A stretch of DNA of 64,000 bases from an uncultured Sphingomonas sp. GTDB taxonomy: Bacteria > Pseudomonadota > Alphaproteobacteria > Sphingomonadales > Sphingomonadaceae. The position numbers were made by a program, and so were the translations under genes. Under the pieces are notes generated by a model, which ran no database searches, was not told the DNA's origin, and saw only the letters and a program-made list of their open reading frames with translations. Positions 35,501 through 43,463 of this stretch are shown piece by piece (the first letter of the stretch is position 1; every line of letters begins with the position of its first letter). Location: assembly GCF_964235535.1 (NCBI RefSeq), contig NZ_CAXSBH010000009.1, positions 5,087 through 69,086 on the forward strand, in the 5' to 3' direction.

Positions 35501-35608
35501 AGGCGTTTCGTCGCTCGACTGGGTGCTCTGGGCATAAGCCGGCGAAGCCATCACGGCGACAGCGAACAGAAGCGTCGTCGACAGCAGTCGCGTCCGGACG
35601 ATCCTCAT
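32567..35608 (-). CDS. TonB-dependent receptor
   Basis: It has a signal peptide ending AYAQ, a plug domain ([35 protein letters not shown]) and a ~800-aa beta-barrel. GC is visibly lower than in the flanking genes. Confidence 0.9.
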   Translation of the reverse strand: [1013 protein letters not shown]

Positions 35609-35756
35609 CTCATAAACCCCTTCAAATTTTCGACCGGCTGACGTCTGATCTGCACCCGCTACCGGCCTCGATATTTGATAACTTTAATGTCGAAGAATGG
35701 TCGTCGGCAATGTGGTTCGAACCCGGGCGCGCCACGTGACAAGCTTTTAGAACGAA

Positions 35757-35775
35757 GTGTTGCAATTCCGATACA
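35757..35775 (-). promoter_or_regulatory. Conserved leader motif TGTATCGGAATTGCAACAC (receptor-sense), 149 nt upstream of the receptor start
   Basis: It is 18/19 identical to 42049-42067, which lies 148 nt upstream of the second receptor. Weaker similarity extends over roughly 35712-35779. Confidence 0.4.
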
Positions 35776-35852
35776 TTCGCCATGCTCTGCAGGTTACGGA
35801 GGAGCTAGGCATCTTGGACGACGATTGAAGAGCAACACCGGGGTTGATCCAA

Positions 35853-36020
35853 GGCCGCGTCGGCTACGACCCCGTCTACGGCGCCAGGCCAATGAAGCGC
35901 GCGGTCCAGCGCCACCTCCAGGATCCCCTCGCCGACCTGATCCTGCGCGGGGCGGTCAAGGACGGCCAGACGGTGCGGGTGGACGAGGGCGAGGGCAAGC
36001 TCGCGCTGGCGGTGGGGTGA
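35853..36020 (+). pseudogene. clpB: Orphan 3' fragment of clpB (last 55 codons plus stop)
   Basis: It translates to [55 protein letters not shown]-stop. By hand alignment it is about 90 percent identical at nucleotide level to 32343-32507 of the intact clpB. There is no upstream coding continuity. Confidence 0.85.
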
Positions 36021-36021
36021 G

Positions 36022-37320
36022 CTAGTCGGCGACCGCGCCCATCCCCGCGGGCGCGTCCTCCAGCGCGCCGAGCGTGCGGAACAGCGCGCGCAGCATGTCG
36101 CGCTCGGCGGCGGAAAGGTGCGGGTTCCACACGTCGAGGATGAGCACCGCGCGGACCGCGTCCGAGCCGTTCCACGCCTCATGCTCGATCGTGTCGTCGA
36201 ACGCGAACGCCTCGCCCTCGACCCACGCCCGCGTCTCGCCCCCGACCCGGAAACCGCACCCCGGCGGCACGATCAGCGGCAGATGGACGATCGCGCGGAC
36301 GTTGCTCACCCCCGTATGCGCGGGGAGGCGGGTGTCGGGTTTCAGCACGGAGAAGAAGGCGGTTGGTCCCCTCCCCGGCATATCGGCGAGCGGGACGCGG
36401 GCGAGCGCGGCCGCCGTCGCCGGACAGCGTTCGCACACGTCCGCCTGCCGCTCGCCATATTTCCAGAGATAGCGCGCGCTCCACGCGTCCGACCGGTCGA
36501 GCGGGGACCATTTGTTCACCGGCGAGCCCGGAGTCATGTCGACATACGGCGCGAAGCCGCTGTCGGGCGCGGCGAGCAGCGCCTCCAGCTCGTCCCGGAT
36601 CGCGGGCGCGGCCGCCTCCAGCTCGGCCATCCAGGGGAACAGCGCCCGGTCGAAGAACTCGTCGGCGGGCAGGAACGGGAAATGCAGCCCGTGCGGCTCG
36701 TTATGGAACACCCGCCGCCGCCCCAGCATCGCATCGACGCACGCATCGAACCGCCGCCGCGCGGCGGGGTCGACCCCGCCGCGGGCTGTCTCGAGCTGCG
36801 CGTCCACCTCCCCCCCGAACCGCACGCCGCGGTCGGCCACCCGCGCGCGGGCGTGGGCGAGAAGATCGTCCAGCGCGGCCGGGCGCGGCGCCGTCGCCTC
36901 GACGACGCTGACCACCCCGCCCCACCGGAATGCCGCCTGGTTCGGCTCGCCCACCCGCTCATGCAGCTCGGCCATCCGCACGTTGGCCATCAAATGCCGC
37001 TGATCGACCGCCAGCGCCCCCTCCAGCGCCGCGCGCTCGCCCGGATCGTCCCCCAACCGCCGCCGCGCGGTCGCCAGGTTCATCCATAATGGCGCGGCGT
37101 TCGGATCGGCCGCGGCGGCGCGCGCGAACAGCGCCTCAGCCTCGCGAGGGTCGGTCGCCAGCGACTGCATGCCAAGCGCATTCAGCGCCTCCGCATGATC
37201 CGGCGCGCGTTCTACGACCTGATGCAGGGCCGCCGCGAACGCTGCCGGATCGCCCCGACCGCTCGCCTGCGACGCGGCCTGCATCAGGCGCGCGACGGTG
37301 GGATCGTTTGAACCCGCCAA
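36022..37320 (-). CDS. TPR-repeat + aspartyl/asparaginyl beta-hydroxylase (2OG/Fe(II) oxygenase) domain protein
   Basis: The N-terminal ~140 aa has TPR-like repeats. The C-terminal LKPDTRLPAHTGVSNVRAIVHLPLIVPPGCGFRVGGETRAWVEGEAFAFDDTIEHEAWN matches the Asp/Asn hydroxylase fold (His...His ligands). There is no signal peptide. Confidence 0.8.
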   Translation of the reverse strand: MAGSNDPTVARLMQAASQASGRGDPAAFAAALHQVVERAPDHAEALNALGMQSLATDPREAEALFARAAAADPNAAPLWMNLATARRRLGDDPGERAALEGALAVDQRHLMANVRMAELHERVGEPNQAAFRWGGVVSVVEATAPRPAALDDLLAHARARVADRGVRFGGEVDAQLETARGGVDPAARRRFDACVDAMLGRRRVFHNEPHGLHFPFLPADEFFDRALFPWMAELEAAAPAIRDELEALLAAPDSGFAPYVDMTPGSPVNKWSPLDRSDAWSARYLWKYGERQADVCERCPATAAALARVPLADMPGRGPTAFFSVLKPDTRLPAHTGVSNVRAIVHLPLIVPPGCGFRVGGETRAWVEGEAFAFDDTIEHEAWNGSDAVRAVLILDVWNPHLSAAERDMLRALFRTLGALEDAPAGMGAVAD

Positions 37321-37336
37321 GTCCGACCGCTCGGTT

Positions 37337-37591
37337 CTACGTGCCGCCGGGGCGGGTCATCTGTCGGTCAATCTCGTACTGGCCGCCCATCCGCGCCGCC
37401 TCCGCGATGCGGTCCCAATCCACCCGCGTCCGGCATTCGCGGCGCCTGGCGACCAGCGATCCGGTATCGGCGGATCGTTTACAGATCATCTTGGGCTTCA
37501 CCGGACCAGGCACTGGAGCTTGCCCCGCCGGGGCGACCGCCGCCGAACCGAGCCCCAACGCCGCCGCCGTCAACACCGCCGATCGCATCAT
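37337..37591 (-). CDS. Small secreted two-cysteine protein, unknown function
   Basis: The internal Met gives the signal peptide MMRSAVLTAAALGLGSAAVAPA. The mature ~60 aa contains ICKRSADTGSLVARRRECRTRVDWD. The start is provisional. Confidence 0.5.
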   Translation of the reverse strand: MMRSAVLTAAALGLGSAAVAPAGQAPVPGPVKPKMICKRSADTGSLVARRRECRTRVDWDRIAEAARMGGQYEIDRQMTRPGGT

Positions 37592-37709
37592 GTCACCGCC
37601 CTTTCCGCTTCGTTTCAACCGCGAACATGCACGGTTTTGGCATCGCCGGAAAGAGGGCGCGCGAGACGAGGGGTGACGACCGGCACAGGCTCGTGGCACC
37701 AAGCATTGC

Positions 37710-38741
37710 ATGACGAACGCTCAAACCGCCAATGCCGCGTTGATCGCCGAGCCGGACTGGTTCGCGCATCGGTTCGATCCCGAGCGCGACCTGTTCCACC
37801 TCATCCCGGCGACGCGCGCGGAGCTATGCGCCGCGACGTTTTTGACCGACGAGAACCTGCCCGGCGCGGCCCGTGCGGTGCCGGCCGCGCGCGCGGCGAC
37901 GGTGGCCGGGGCGGCGCGGCGCGCGCCCGTCCACTTCCTTTTCCACTCGGCCTTCTGCTGCTCAACGTTGCTCGCCCGGGCGCTCGATATCGACGGCGTG
38001 GCCGCGGCGCTGAAGGAGCCCGTGATCCTGAACGACCTGATCGGCTGGCGCGGTCGCGGCGGCGCGCCGGCGCTCGTCGCCAGGGCGCTCGACGAGGTGT
38101 TGCTCCTGCTCGAACAGACCGCCCGGCCGGGCGAGGCCGTGCTGATCAAGCCGTCCAACCTCGTCAATCCACTCGCCCCCGCCGCGCTGGCGCTACGCAC
38201 GGACGCGCGCGCGATCCTGCTTCACGCGCCGCTCCGGACCTTCATCGCGTCCGTCGCCTCCAAGGGGCTGGAGGGCCGCCTATGGGTGCGCGACCTGTGG
38301 GCCAAGCTGCTGGCGGGCGGCGCGGACCCGTTCGGCTTCACGCCCGAGGAGCTGTTCCGCCATTCCGACCTTCAGGTCGCCGCGCTCGGCTGGCTCGCCC
38401 AACACCGTGAGTTCGCCGCTCTGGCGGCGCGCTTCGGTCCGAGGGTGGCGACCCTGTCGAGCGTCGACCTGCTGACGAACCCGGCGCGAGCGCTCGGAGC
38501 GGCTGCCCTCCATTACGGGTTGGCGCTGGACCGCACGGCGGCGGCCGCGATTGCGGCGGGGCCGATCTTCACCCGCCACGCCAAGACCGGCGGTGCATTC
38601 GACGCCGCCGCCCGCGACGTGTTGCACCGAGCCGCGTCCGACGCCCACCGCGAGGAGATCCAGCTCGTGGAACGCTGGGCGGTAACGGTCGCCGAGAGGG
38701 CCGGGATCGCCTTACGACTGGCCCGACCTCTCCTGGCCTGA
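37710..38741 (+). CDS. Hypothetical protein (weak resemblance to sulfotransferase-fold proteins)
   Basis: 343 aa with high GC3. HFLFHSAFCCSTLLARAL loosely resembles a 5'-PSB loop of sulfotransferases. This is a weak motif impression only. Confidence 0.5.
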   Translation: MTNAQTANAALIAEPDWFAHRFDPERDLFHLIPATRAELCAATFLTDENLPGAARAVPAARAATVAGAARRAPVHFLFHSAFCCSTLLARALDIDGVAAALKEPVILNDLIGWRGRGGAPALVARALDEVLLLLEQTARPGEAVLIKPSNLVNPLAPAALALRTDARAILLHAPLRTFIASVASKGLEGRLWVRDLWAKLLAGGADPFGFTPEELFRHSDLQVAALGWLAQHREFAALAARFGPRVATLSSVDLLTNPARALGAAALHYGLALDRTAAAAIAAGPIFTRHAKTGGAFDAAARDVLHRAASDAHREEIQLVERWAVTVAERAGIALRLARPLLA

Positions 38742-38805
38742 AGCGTCCAAACGAAAAAGGGCGAGCCTCGCGGCCCGCCCCCAGACTTCCCCGAAACGCT
38801 TCCGC

Positions 38806-41800
38806 TCAGAAGCGGACGCGGCCCGTGACGGTGAACCGGCGACCGAGCGGGTCGTAGGTCGACGGATAGGTGTTGCCGCCGTTGAAAGTGGTGTTGCCGA
38901 CCGTATTGCCCACCAGCGGCGCGTCCTTGTCGAGCAGGTTCTGCACCAGCGCGATCAGCGTAAAGTTTTCCGACACGCCGATCCGCGCCGACAAATCGAA
39001 GTAATCACGCGCCTTGATTCGGTTGAAGTCTACGGTCCGCCCGGTTAGCGCACCGAGCCCACCACCAAGCGTCCCCGAGAACGCCGCGTCCTCCGGATCG
39101 TTCGCGAACTCGTAATCGACGCGGTCGAGATGCCGCCATAGCAGCGAGATGTCGACGTCCCCGAAGCCGATGGTGGTGCGCTGATTCCAGCTGAATTCCG
39201 GCTGGATCGATCCGGTGAGGCTGCAGTTCGTGCTGTATAGACCGACGCAGTCCCGGTTGACCGAGTTCGGCGTCGCCTGGAACTTGCTGCTGTTGGTCCA
39301 GTTGCCGTTGAAGCTCAAGCCGAGCTTGGCCTCGCCAATATCCTGAGTGTAGTTCAGCACTACGTCGATACCGTCGGTCTTCAGCGTCCCCAAGTTGGAC
39401 AGGGTCAGCGGAAGCCCCAACGTCGTCGTGGCGTCGCCTGACAGCGACCCGTCGATCGGGTTGCGCCGAATTCCCAGGCACGCCGGGTTCGTGACGCTGA
39501 GAGCACCAAAACAGGCGGCGATCGCATCGGCCGGTGCCGGCTGCGTGATCGCGTCCTTGATCTTGATGTTGTAGTAGTCGACCGAGGCCGAGAAGCCGGG
39601 CAGGAAGCTCGGCGTGAACACGCCGCCTACCGTATAGCTGTTCGACTTTTCGGCGGTCAGATCGAGATTGCCGCCGCCGGTCGACTGAGCCTGACCCGCC
39701 GTTGGGACGGCGATCGACCCTATGACGCCCGCCGGAGCTCCCTGGGCGATGCAGACGTCGCGGAGCACGCCCGTCGGGACCGCGCGCCCGGGGATCTGCG
39801 AACCATTGTCACGCAGGTTGGCGCACGGATCGTCTGCCAGATTCGTCAGCGTCGTGTTCACCGGGTTGAACAGCTCGGCGATATTGGGCGCGCGCACCGC
39901 GCGGGCATAGTTGCCGCGGATCTTCACGCCGTCAAACGGCTCCCAGCTGCCTGCGCCCTTATACGTCGTGGTGCTGAACGACCGCTCGTTCGCCGCCAGA
40001 ACGGTGTAGTCCGAATAACGGATGCCGCCCTCGATCTGCAGGCTCTTGAAGAAAGGCCGATCGACGATCAGCGGCACGATCAGCTCGCCGATCGCCTCGT
40101 ACACTTCATATCCGCCGTTGATCAGAGGCGCCGCACCGCCCGAGCCGCCGAGATCGCCCGACTGCGAAAGCGTGTCGGAGAACTGCGAAGCGCGGTACTT
40201 GCGGTATTCGCCGCCGACCGCGAAGCCGATCGCCTCGGTCGCGAGCGGGCTGACCAGCCCGAAATCGCCCGAGATCGTACCGCGCGCCTGCGCCAGCGAA
40301 ACCTCTACCGAGATCTGGCTCGAACCCTGGAGGAAGGCGAGCTGATTGGACGTCAGCGAGCCTTCCGGACCGAAGAAGTTAGTAGGGACACAGCCGTTGG
40401 CAGGATTTTGGCAGCTTACCGTGCCCGGCGTGTTGCCGTTCACCAACAGCGACTGCTGCACGCGGGAGTTGAGCGTGTAGCCCGACTGAGTCTGGACGTT
40501 CTCCGACTCGCCATATGCGCCGAACACGTCATAATTGATATTGCCGACGATCGGTCCACGCAGGCCCAGGCGATAGTCGAAGATGGTCGTTTGGAAGTCC
40601 GACACGCGCGGCCCGAGCTCGGTCGCGCGGCGGAACACCGCCGTGGCGACCTCGCGGTAGTTCGGGTCGGTGCGACTGGTCGCCGTTGCGGCCAGGTCGC
40701 ACTGCGCCTGCGACAGGCTCCGGGTGATGCCGACCCCGGAATTGGTGTCGAACGCGCAGAAAGCGTTGCGCTGCGCGGTAGTCAGGAACGGGTTGTTGAG
40801 GCTGACCGTGACCGGAGTGCCGAACGCGCCCGACGGCGCGATCAGCGTCGACACGGTGTTCTTGGAGAACAAGCCGCGCGTGTAGACCTCGACCGCGTCC
40901 GACAGCTCGTAATTCGCCGCGCCGTACATGTTGAACCGCTCGAACGGGGTCTGGAAGACGTTCAGCGGATTGAAGTTGAAGGGGTCGAACGCCGCGCCGG
41001 GGCGGAATGCCGTGCCGTCCGCATTGATCTGGCGCGTGCCCTGCACCGCGTTCACACCCGCGATCGAATCAGCCCCGGTCGGGTTGACGTTGGAGAAGCG
41101 CGTGGGGACGGACGTGCCCGAGCCGCCGACCGCGCCGGAGAACGAGTCGACCTGGAACCGCGATACGTCCCGGTCGCCCTGGAATACTTCGTCCACTTCC
41201 TGATAGCCGATCGAGAACACCACATTGCCGCGGCCGTCCTCCAGATTTGCGCCGATCGTCGCATCCACGCGGAAGATGTTGCCGTCGCCGCGCTCAGTGA
41301 TCTGGTTCGACACATTCAGGTCGATGCCCGAAAAGTCGGACCGCGTGATGAAGTTGATCACGCCCGTGACCGCGTCCGCGCCGTAGGTGGTCGACGCGCC
41401 GCCCGTCAGCACGTCCGCGCGCTGGACCAGCGCAAGCGGGATGTTGTTCAGGTCGACGCGGCCCTGGAGCTCGGCGGGAACGATCCGCACGCCGTCGAGC
41501 AGCACGAGGTTGCGGTTCGAACCCAAACCGCGAAGGTTGGCGAACGACGCGCCGCCGTTGCCGTTATTGACCGCCGAACCGATCGACGGGACCACGCCCG
41601 GCAACTCGCGCAGCAGCGCCTCGGCCGTGTTGCTCTGGCGAAGCTCGATCTCCTGCTCGGAAACCACCGTGACCGGGTTGGAGGCGACCAGGTTCGGGTT
41701 CTGGATCAGCGACCCGGTGACGACGACTTCGCCGCCCTCGACGACCTGATCGTCGTCGGCCGCAGTCTGCGGCGTCTGCGACGCGGACGGGTTCTCGACC

Positions 41801-41901
41801 GCACCTTCCTGCGGCAGGATCTGCGCCTGGGCGGGAACGGCGAGGATCGCGGCCCCCACCAGCAGCGTCGACGCCAGCAGGCGTGCGCGAGCGTTCATCA
41901 T
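38806..41901 (-). CDS. TonB-dependent receptor
   Basis: It has a signal peptide ending AQAQ, a plug domain (VVVTGS, VQRADVLTGGASTTYGADAVTGVINFITR) and a barrel ending TGRVRF (terminal aromatic residue). Confidence 0.9.
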   Translation of the reverse strand: MMNARARLLASTLLVGAAILAVPAQAQILPQEGAVENPSASQTPQTAADDDQVVEGGEVVVTGSLIQNPNLVASNPVTVVSEQEIELRQSNTAEALLRELPGVVPSIGSAVNNGNGGASFANLRGLGSNRNLVLLDGVRIVPAELQGRVDLNNIPLALVQRADVLTGGASTTYGADAVTGVINFITRSDFSGIDLNVSNQITERGDGNIFRVDATIGANLEDGRGNVVFSIGYQEVDEVFQGDRDVSRFQVDSFSGAVGGSGTSVPTRFSNVNPTGADSIAGVNAVQGTRQINADGTAFRPGAAFDPFNFNPLNVFQTPFERFNMYGAANYELSDAVEVYTRGLFSKNTVSTLIAPSGAFGTPVTVSLNNPFLTTAQRNAFCAFDTNSGVGITRSLSQAQCDLAATATSRTDPNYREVATAVFRRATELGPRVSDFQTTIFDYRLGLRGPIVGNINYDVFGAYGESENVQTQSGYTLNSRVQQSLLVNGNTPGTVSCQNPANGCVPTNFFGPEGSLTSNQLAFLQGSSQISVEVSLAQARGTISGDFGLVSPLATEAIGFAVGGEYRKYRASQFSDTLSQSGDLGGSGGAAPLINGGYEVYEAIGELIVPLIVDRPFFKSLQIEGGIRYSDYTVLAANERSFSTTTYKGAGSWEPFDGVKIRGNYARAVRAPNIAELFNPVNTTLTNLADDPCANLRDNGSQIPGRAVPTGVLRDVCIAQGAPAGVIGSIAVPTAGQAQSTGGGNLDLTAEKSNSYTVGGVFTPSFLPGFSASVDYYNIKIKDAITQPAPADAIAACFGALSVTNPACLGIRRNPIDGSLSGDATTTLGLPLTLSNLGTLKTDGIDVVLNYTQDIGEAKLGLSFNGNWTNSSKFQATPNSVNRDCVGLYSTNCSLTGSIQPEFSWNQRTTIGFGDVDISLLWRHLDRVDYEFANDPEDAAFSGTLGGGLGALTGRTVDFNRIKARDYFDLSARIGVSENFTLIALVQNLLDKDAPLVGNTVGNTTFNGGNTYPSTYDPLGRRFTVTGRVRF

Positions 41902-42048
41902 AATAGAGCCCCTCGTAGCGGCAGCGGGCCGCGTTTTGTTTCATGGACCGAATTGTTTCAGTCTTGATGCGCAGCGTAGAGGGAAGGTGTGCCGCACTGC
42001 AACGCCGTTCGGTTCCGCGACCGGGGCGCATGACTGTTTTGCACGCGA

Positions 42049-42067
42049 GTGTTGCAAATCCGATACA
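42049..42067 (-). promoter_or_regulatory. Conserved leader motif TGTATCGGATTTGCAACAC (receptor-sense), 148 nt upstream of the receptor start
   Basis: It is the partner of 35757-35775. Extended similarity covers roughly 42006-42068. Confidence 0.4.
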
Positions 42068-42126
42068 CGGGGCGGCCACGCACCGCGCTAGACGCGCGTT
42101 CTCGCCGTCAAACTCCAGGACATCCG

Positions 42127-42630
42127 ATGCTCCCGATCGTCATCGCCCTTTTCGCTCCCATCGTCGCGCAAGGATCGGCGGACGTGTCCCGTACCGTCGA
42201 CCGGCTCACCGAATGCCGCGCGATCGCGGCCGACGGCGACCGCCTCGCCTGCTTCGACCGCCTGGCCGCGCGCATCGCCGCCGCGCGCACGAGCGGCGAC
42301 CTGCTCGTCCTCGACCGTCGGCAGGTCGTCGAACGCAAGCGCCAACGCTTCGGCCTCGCCAATCCGCCGAGCGACGTGTTCGGCGGCGGCGAGGCGGACC
42401 GGGCGACGGAGGTCAGCCGGTTGGACACCACCATCCGCATGGCCAAGCCCGCAGGGCCATATGGCCGGTGGAACCTGGAACTGGCCAACGGGTCGGTGTG
42501 GCAAAGCGTCGATACGCTGCCCTTCCCGCCCAAGGCGAGCGCCCCGATCGCGCTCAGGACCGCGACGCTCGGCGGCTTCCGTGCCTCCATCGCCGGCGGA
42601 CGCACCTTCCTGGTCAAGCGTCTGCGCTAG
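42127..42630 (+). CDS. Secreted hypothetical protein
   Basis: The internal Met gives the signal-like MLPIVIALFAPIVAQG. The product is 167 aa. I recognise no family. Confidence 0.5.
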   Translation: MLPIVIALFAPIVAQGSADVSRTVDRLTECRAIAADGDRLACFDRLAARIAAARTSGDLLVLDRRQVVERKRQRFGLANPPSDVFGGGEADRATEVSRLDTTIRMAKPAGPYGRWNLELANGSVWQSVDTLPFPPKASAPIALRTATLGGFRASIAGGRTFLVKRLR

Positions 42631-43463
42631 GGCATCGGCCCCGCGACCGCCGCGGGATCGAGCCGCGCGTCGCGCCAGCGCAGGCCCCAATGCAGATGCG
42701 GCCCCGTCGCGCGGCCGGTAGCGCCGACCGCGCCGATACGCTGGCCCGCCGCCACCCGCTCACCGAGCCTCACATCGATGCGCGACAGATGCAGGAACGC
42801 GCTCGACAACCCTGCGCCGTGATCGACGATCAGCAGGTTGCCCTCCAGCGTGAACGGCCGCGCCGGGTCGGCCGCGAGCACCACCACGCCGCCCGCGGGC
42901 GCGACCACGGGCGCGCCCGTCGGAAGCGCTATGTCCGCGCCCGAGTGAAAGGAGCCGGGTACGCCCCGGTAGACCCGCTGTGCCCCGAACGCCCCCGACA
43001 CTCGCCCGGTCGCGGGCCAGCGCATCGGCTCGCGCCAGCCGGTCGCGCCCGTGTCGACCGCGCGCGCGGCGGCGATCCGCGCGAGCTCGCCCGGGCGGAC
43101 CGTGTCGAACTTGGCGGTCGTGCGGCCCGCGCGGAGCGGCGCGTCGACCCGCTGGATCGACCAGGCGCGCAGGCCGACGCTCAAGCTTCGGCGGACCTCG
43201 CGCCCGTCGGCCAGCACAGCGACCAGCTCCGCGGTGGATGGCGCGTCACGGTCGAACCCGGCGATGAACCGCCCCTCAACCAGCGTCAGCGGCGCGGGCG
43301 GCGCGCCGGGCGTGCGCAGCTCGGCGGACACCGACCCCGCCGGGGCCTCGCCGGCGATGAGGCCGCCCTTCGTCGGGGTCCCCGTGAGCCGGAACGCCTC
43401 TGTTGCAGTCTGCGCGACCACCGGCGCGGCGAACATGAACGCCGCCAGCGCGACCGCCCTCAT
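42627..43463 (-). CDS. M23-family (LytM-type) metallopeptidase
   Basis: It has the signal peptide MRAVALAAFMFAAPVVAQ, FHSGADIALPTGAPVVAP (HxxxD) and GATGRATGPHLHWGL (HxH). Confidence 0.85.
   Translation of the reverse strand: MRAVALAAFMFAAPVVAQTATEAFRLTGTPTKGGLIAGEAPAGSVSAELRTPGAPPAPLTLVEGRFIAGFDRDAPSTAELVAVLADGREVRRSLSVGLRAWSIQRVDAPLRAGRTTAKFDTVRPGELARIAAARAVDTGATGWREPMRWPATGRVSGAFGAQRVYRGVPGSFHSGADIALPTGAPVVAPAGGVVVLAADPARPFTLEGNLLIVDHGAGLSSAFLHLSRIDVRLGERVAAGQRIGAVGATGRATGPHLHWGLRWRDARLDPAAVAGPMP

Noticed and set aside
35708-35736. tRNA-like 3' end (GGTTCGAACC followed by GCGCCA) near the right edge of the receptor cassette, which could have been an integration att site.
   Set aside because: The flanking bases do not form a T-stem or a 7-bp acceptor stem, and there is no upstream cloverleaf. 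The segment is better explained as part of the leader similarity shared with 42006-42034.
35757-35775. Reading the shared receptor leader motif as an ECF/sigma-E promoter (GGAAT...TCTAA) or as a cobalamin riboswitch.
   Set aside because: The spacing between the GGAAT-like and TCTAA/TGCAA-like elements is about 12 nt, too short for ECF-type promoters. No B12-box-like core is visible. The motif is kept as an unexplained conserved element rather than assigned.
35675-36025. 116-aa ORF covering the clpB-like fragment.
   Set aside because: It reads the clpB-homologous DNA in the wrong frame and gives an Arg/Gly/Pro-rich product. The frame that matches ClpB has no start and no upstream continuity, so the region is called a gene remnant instead.
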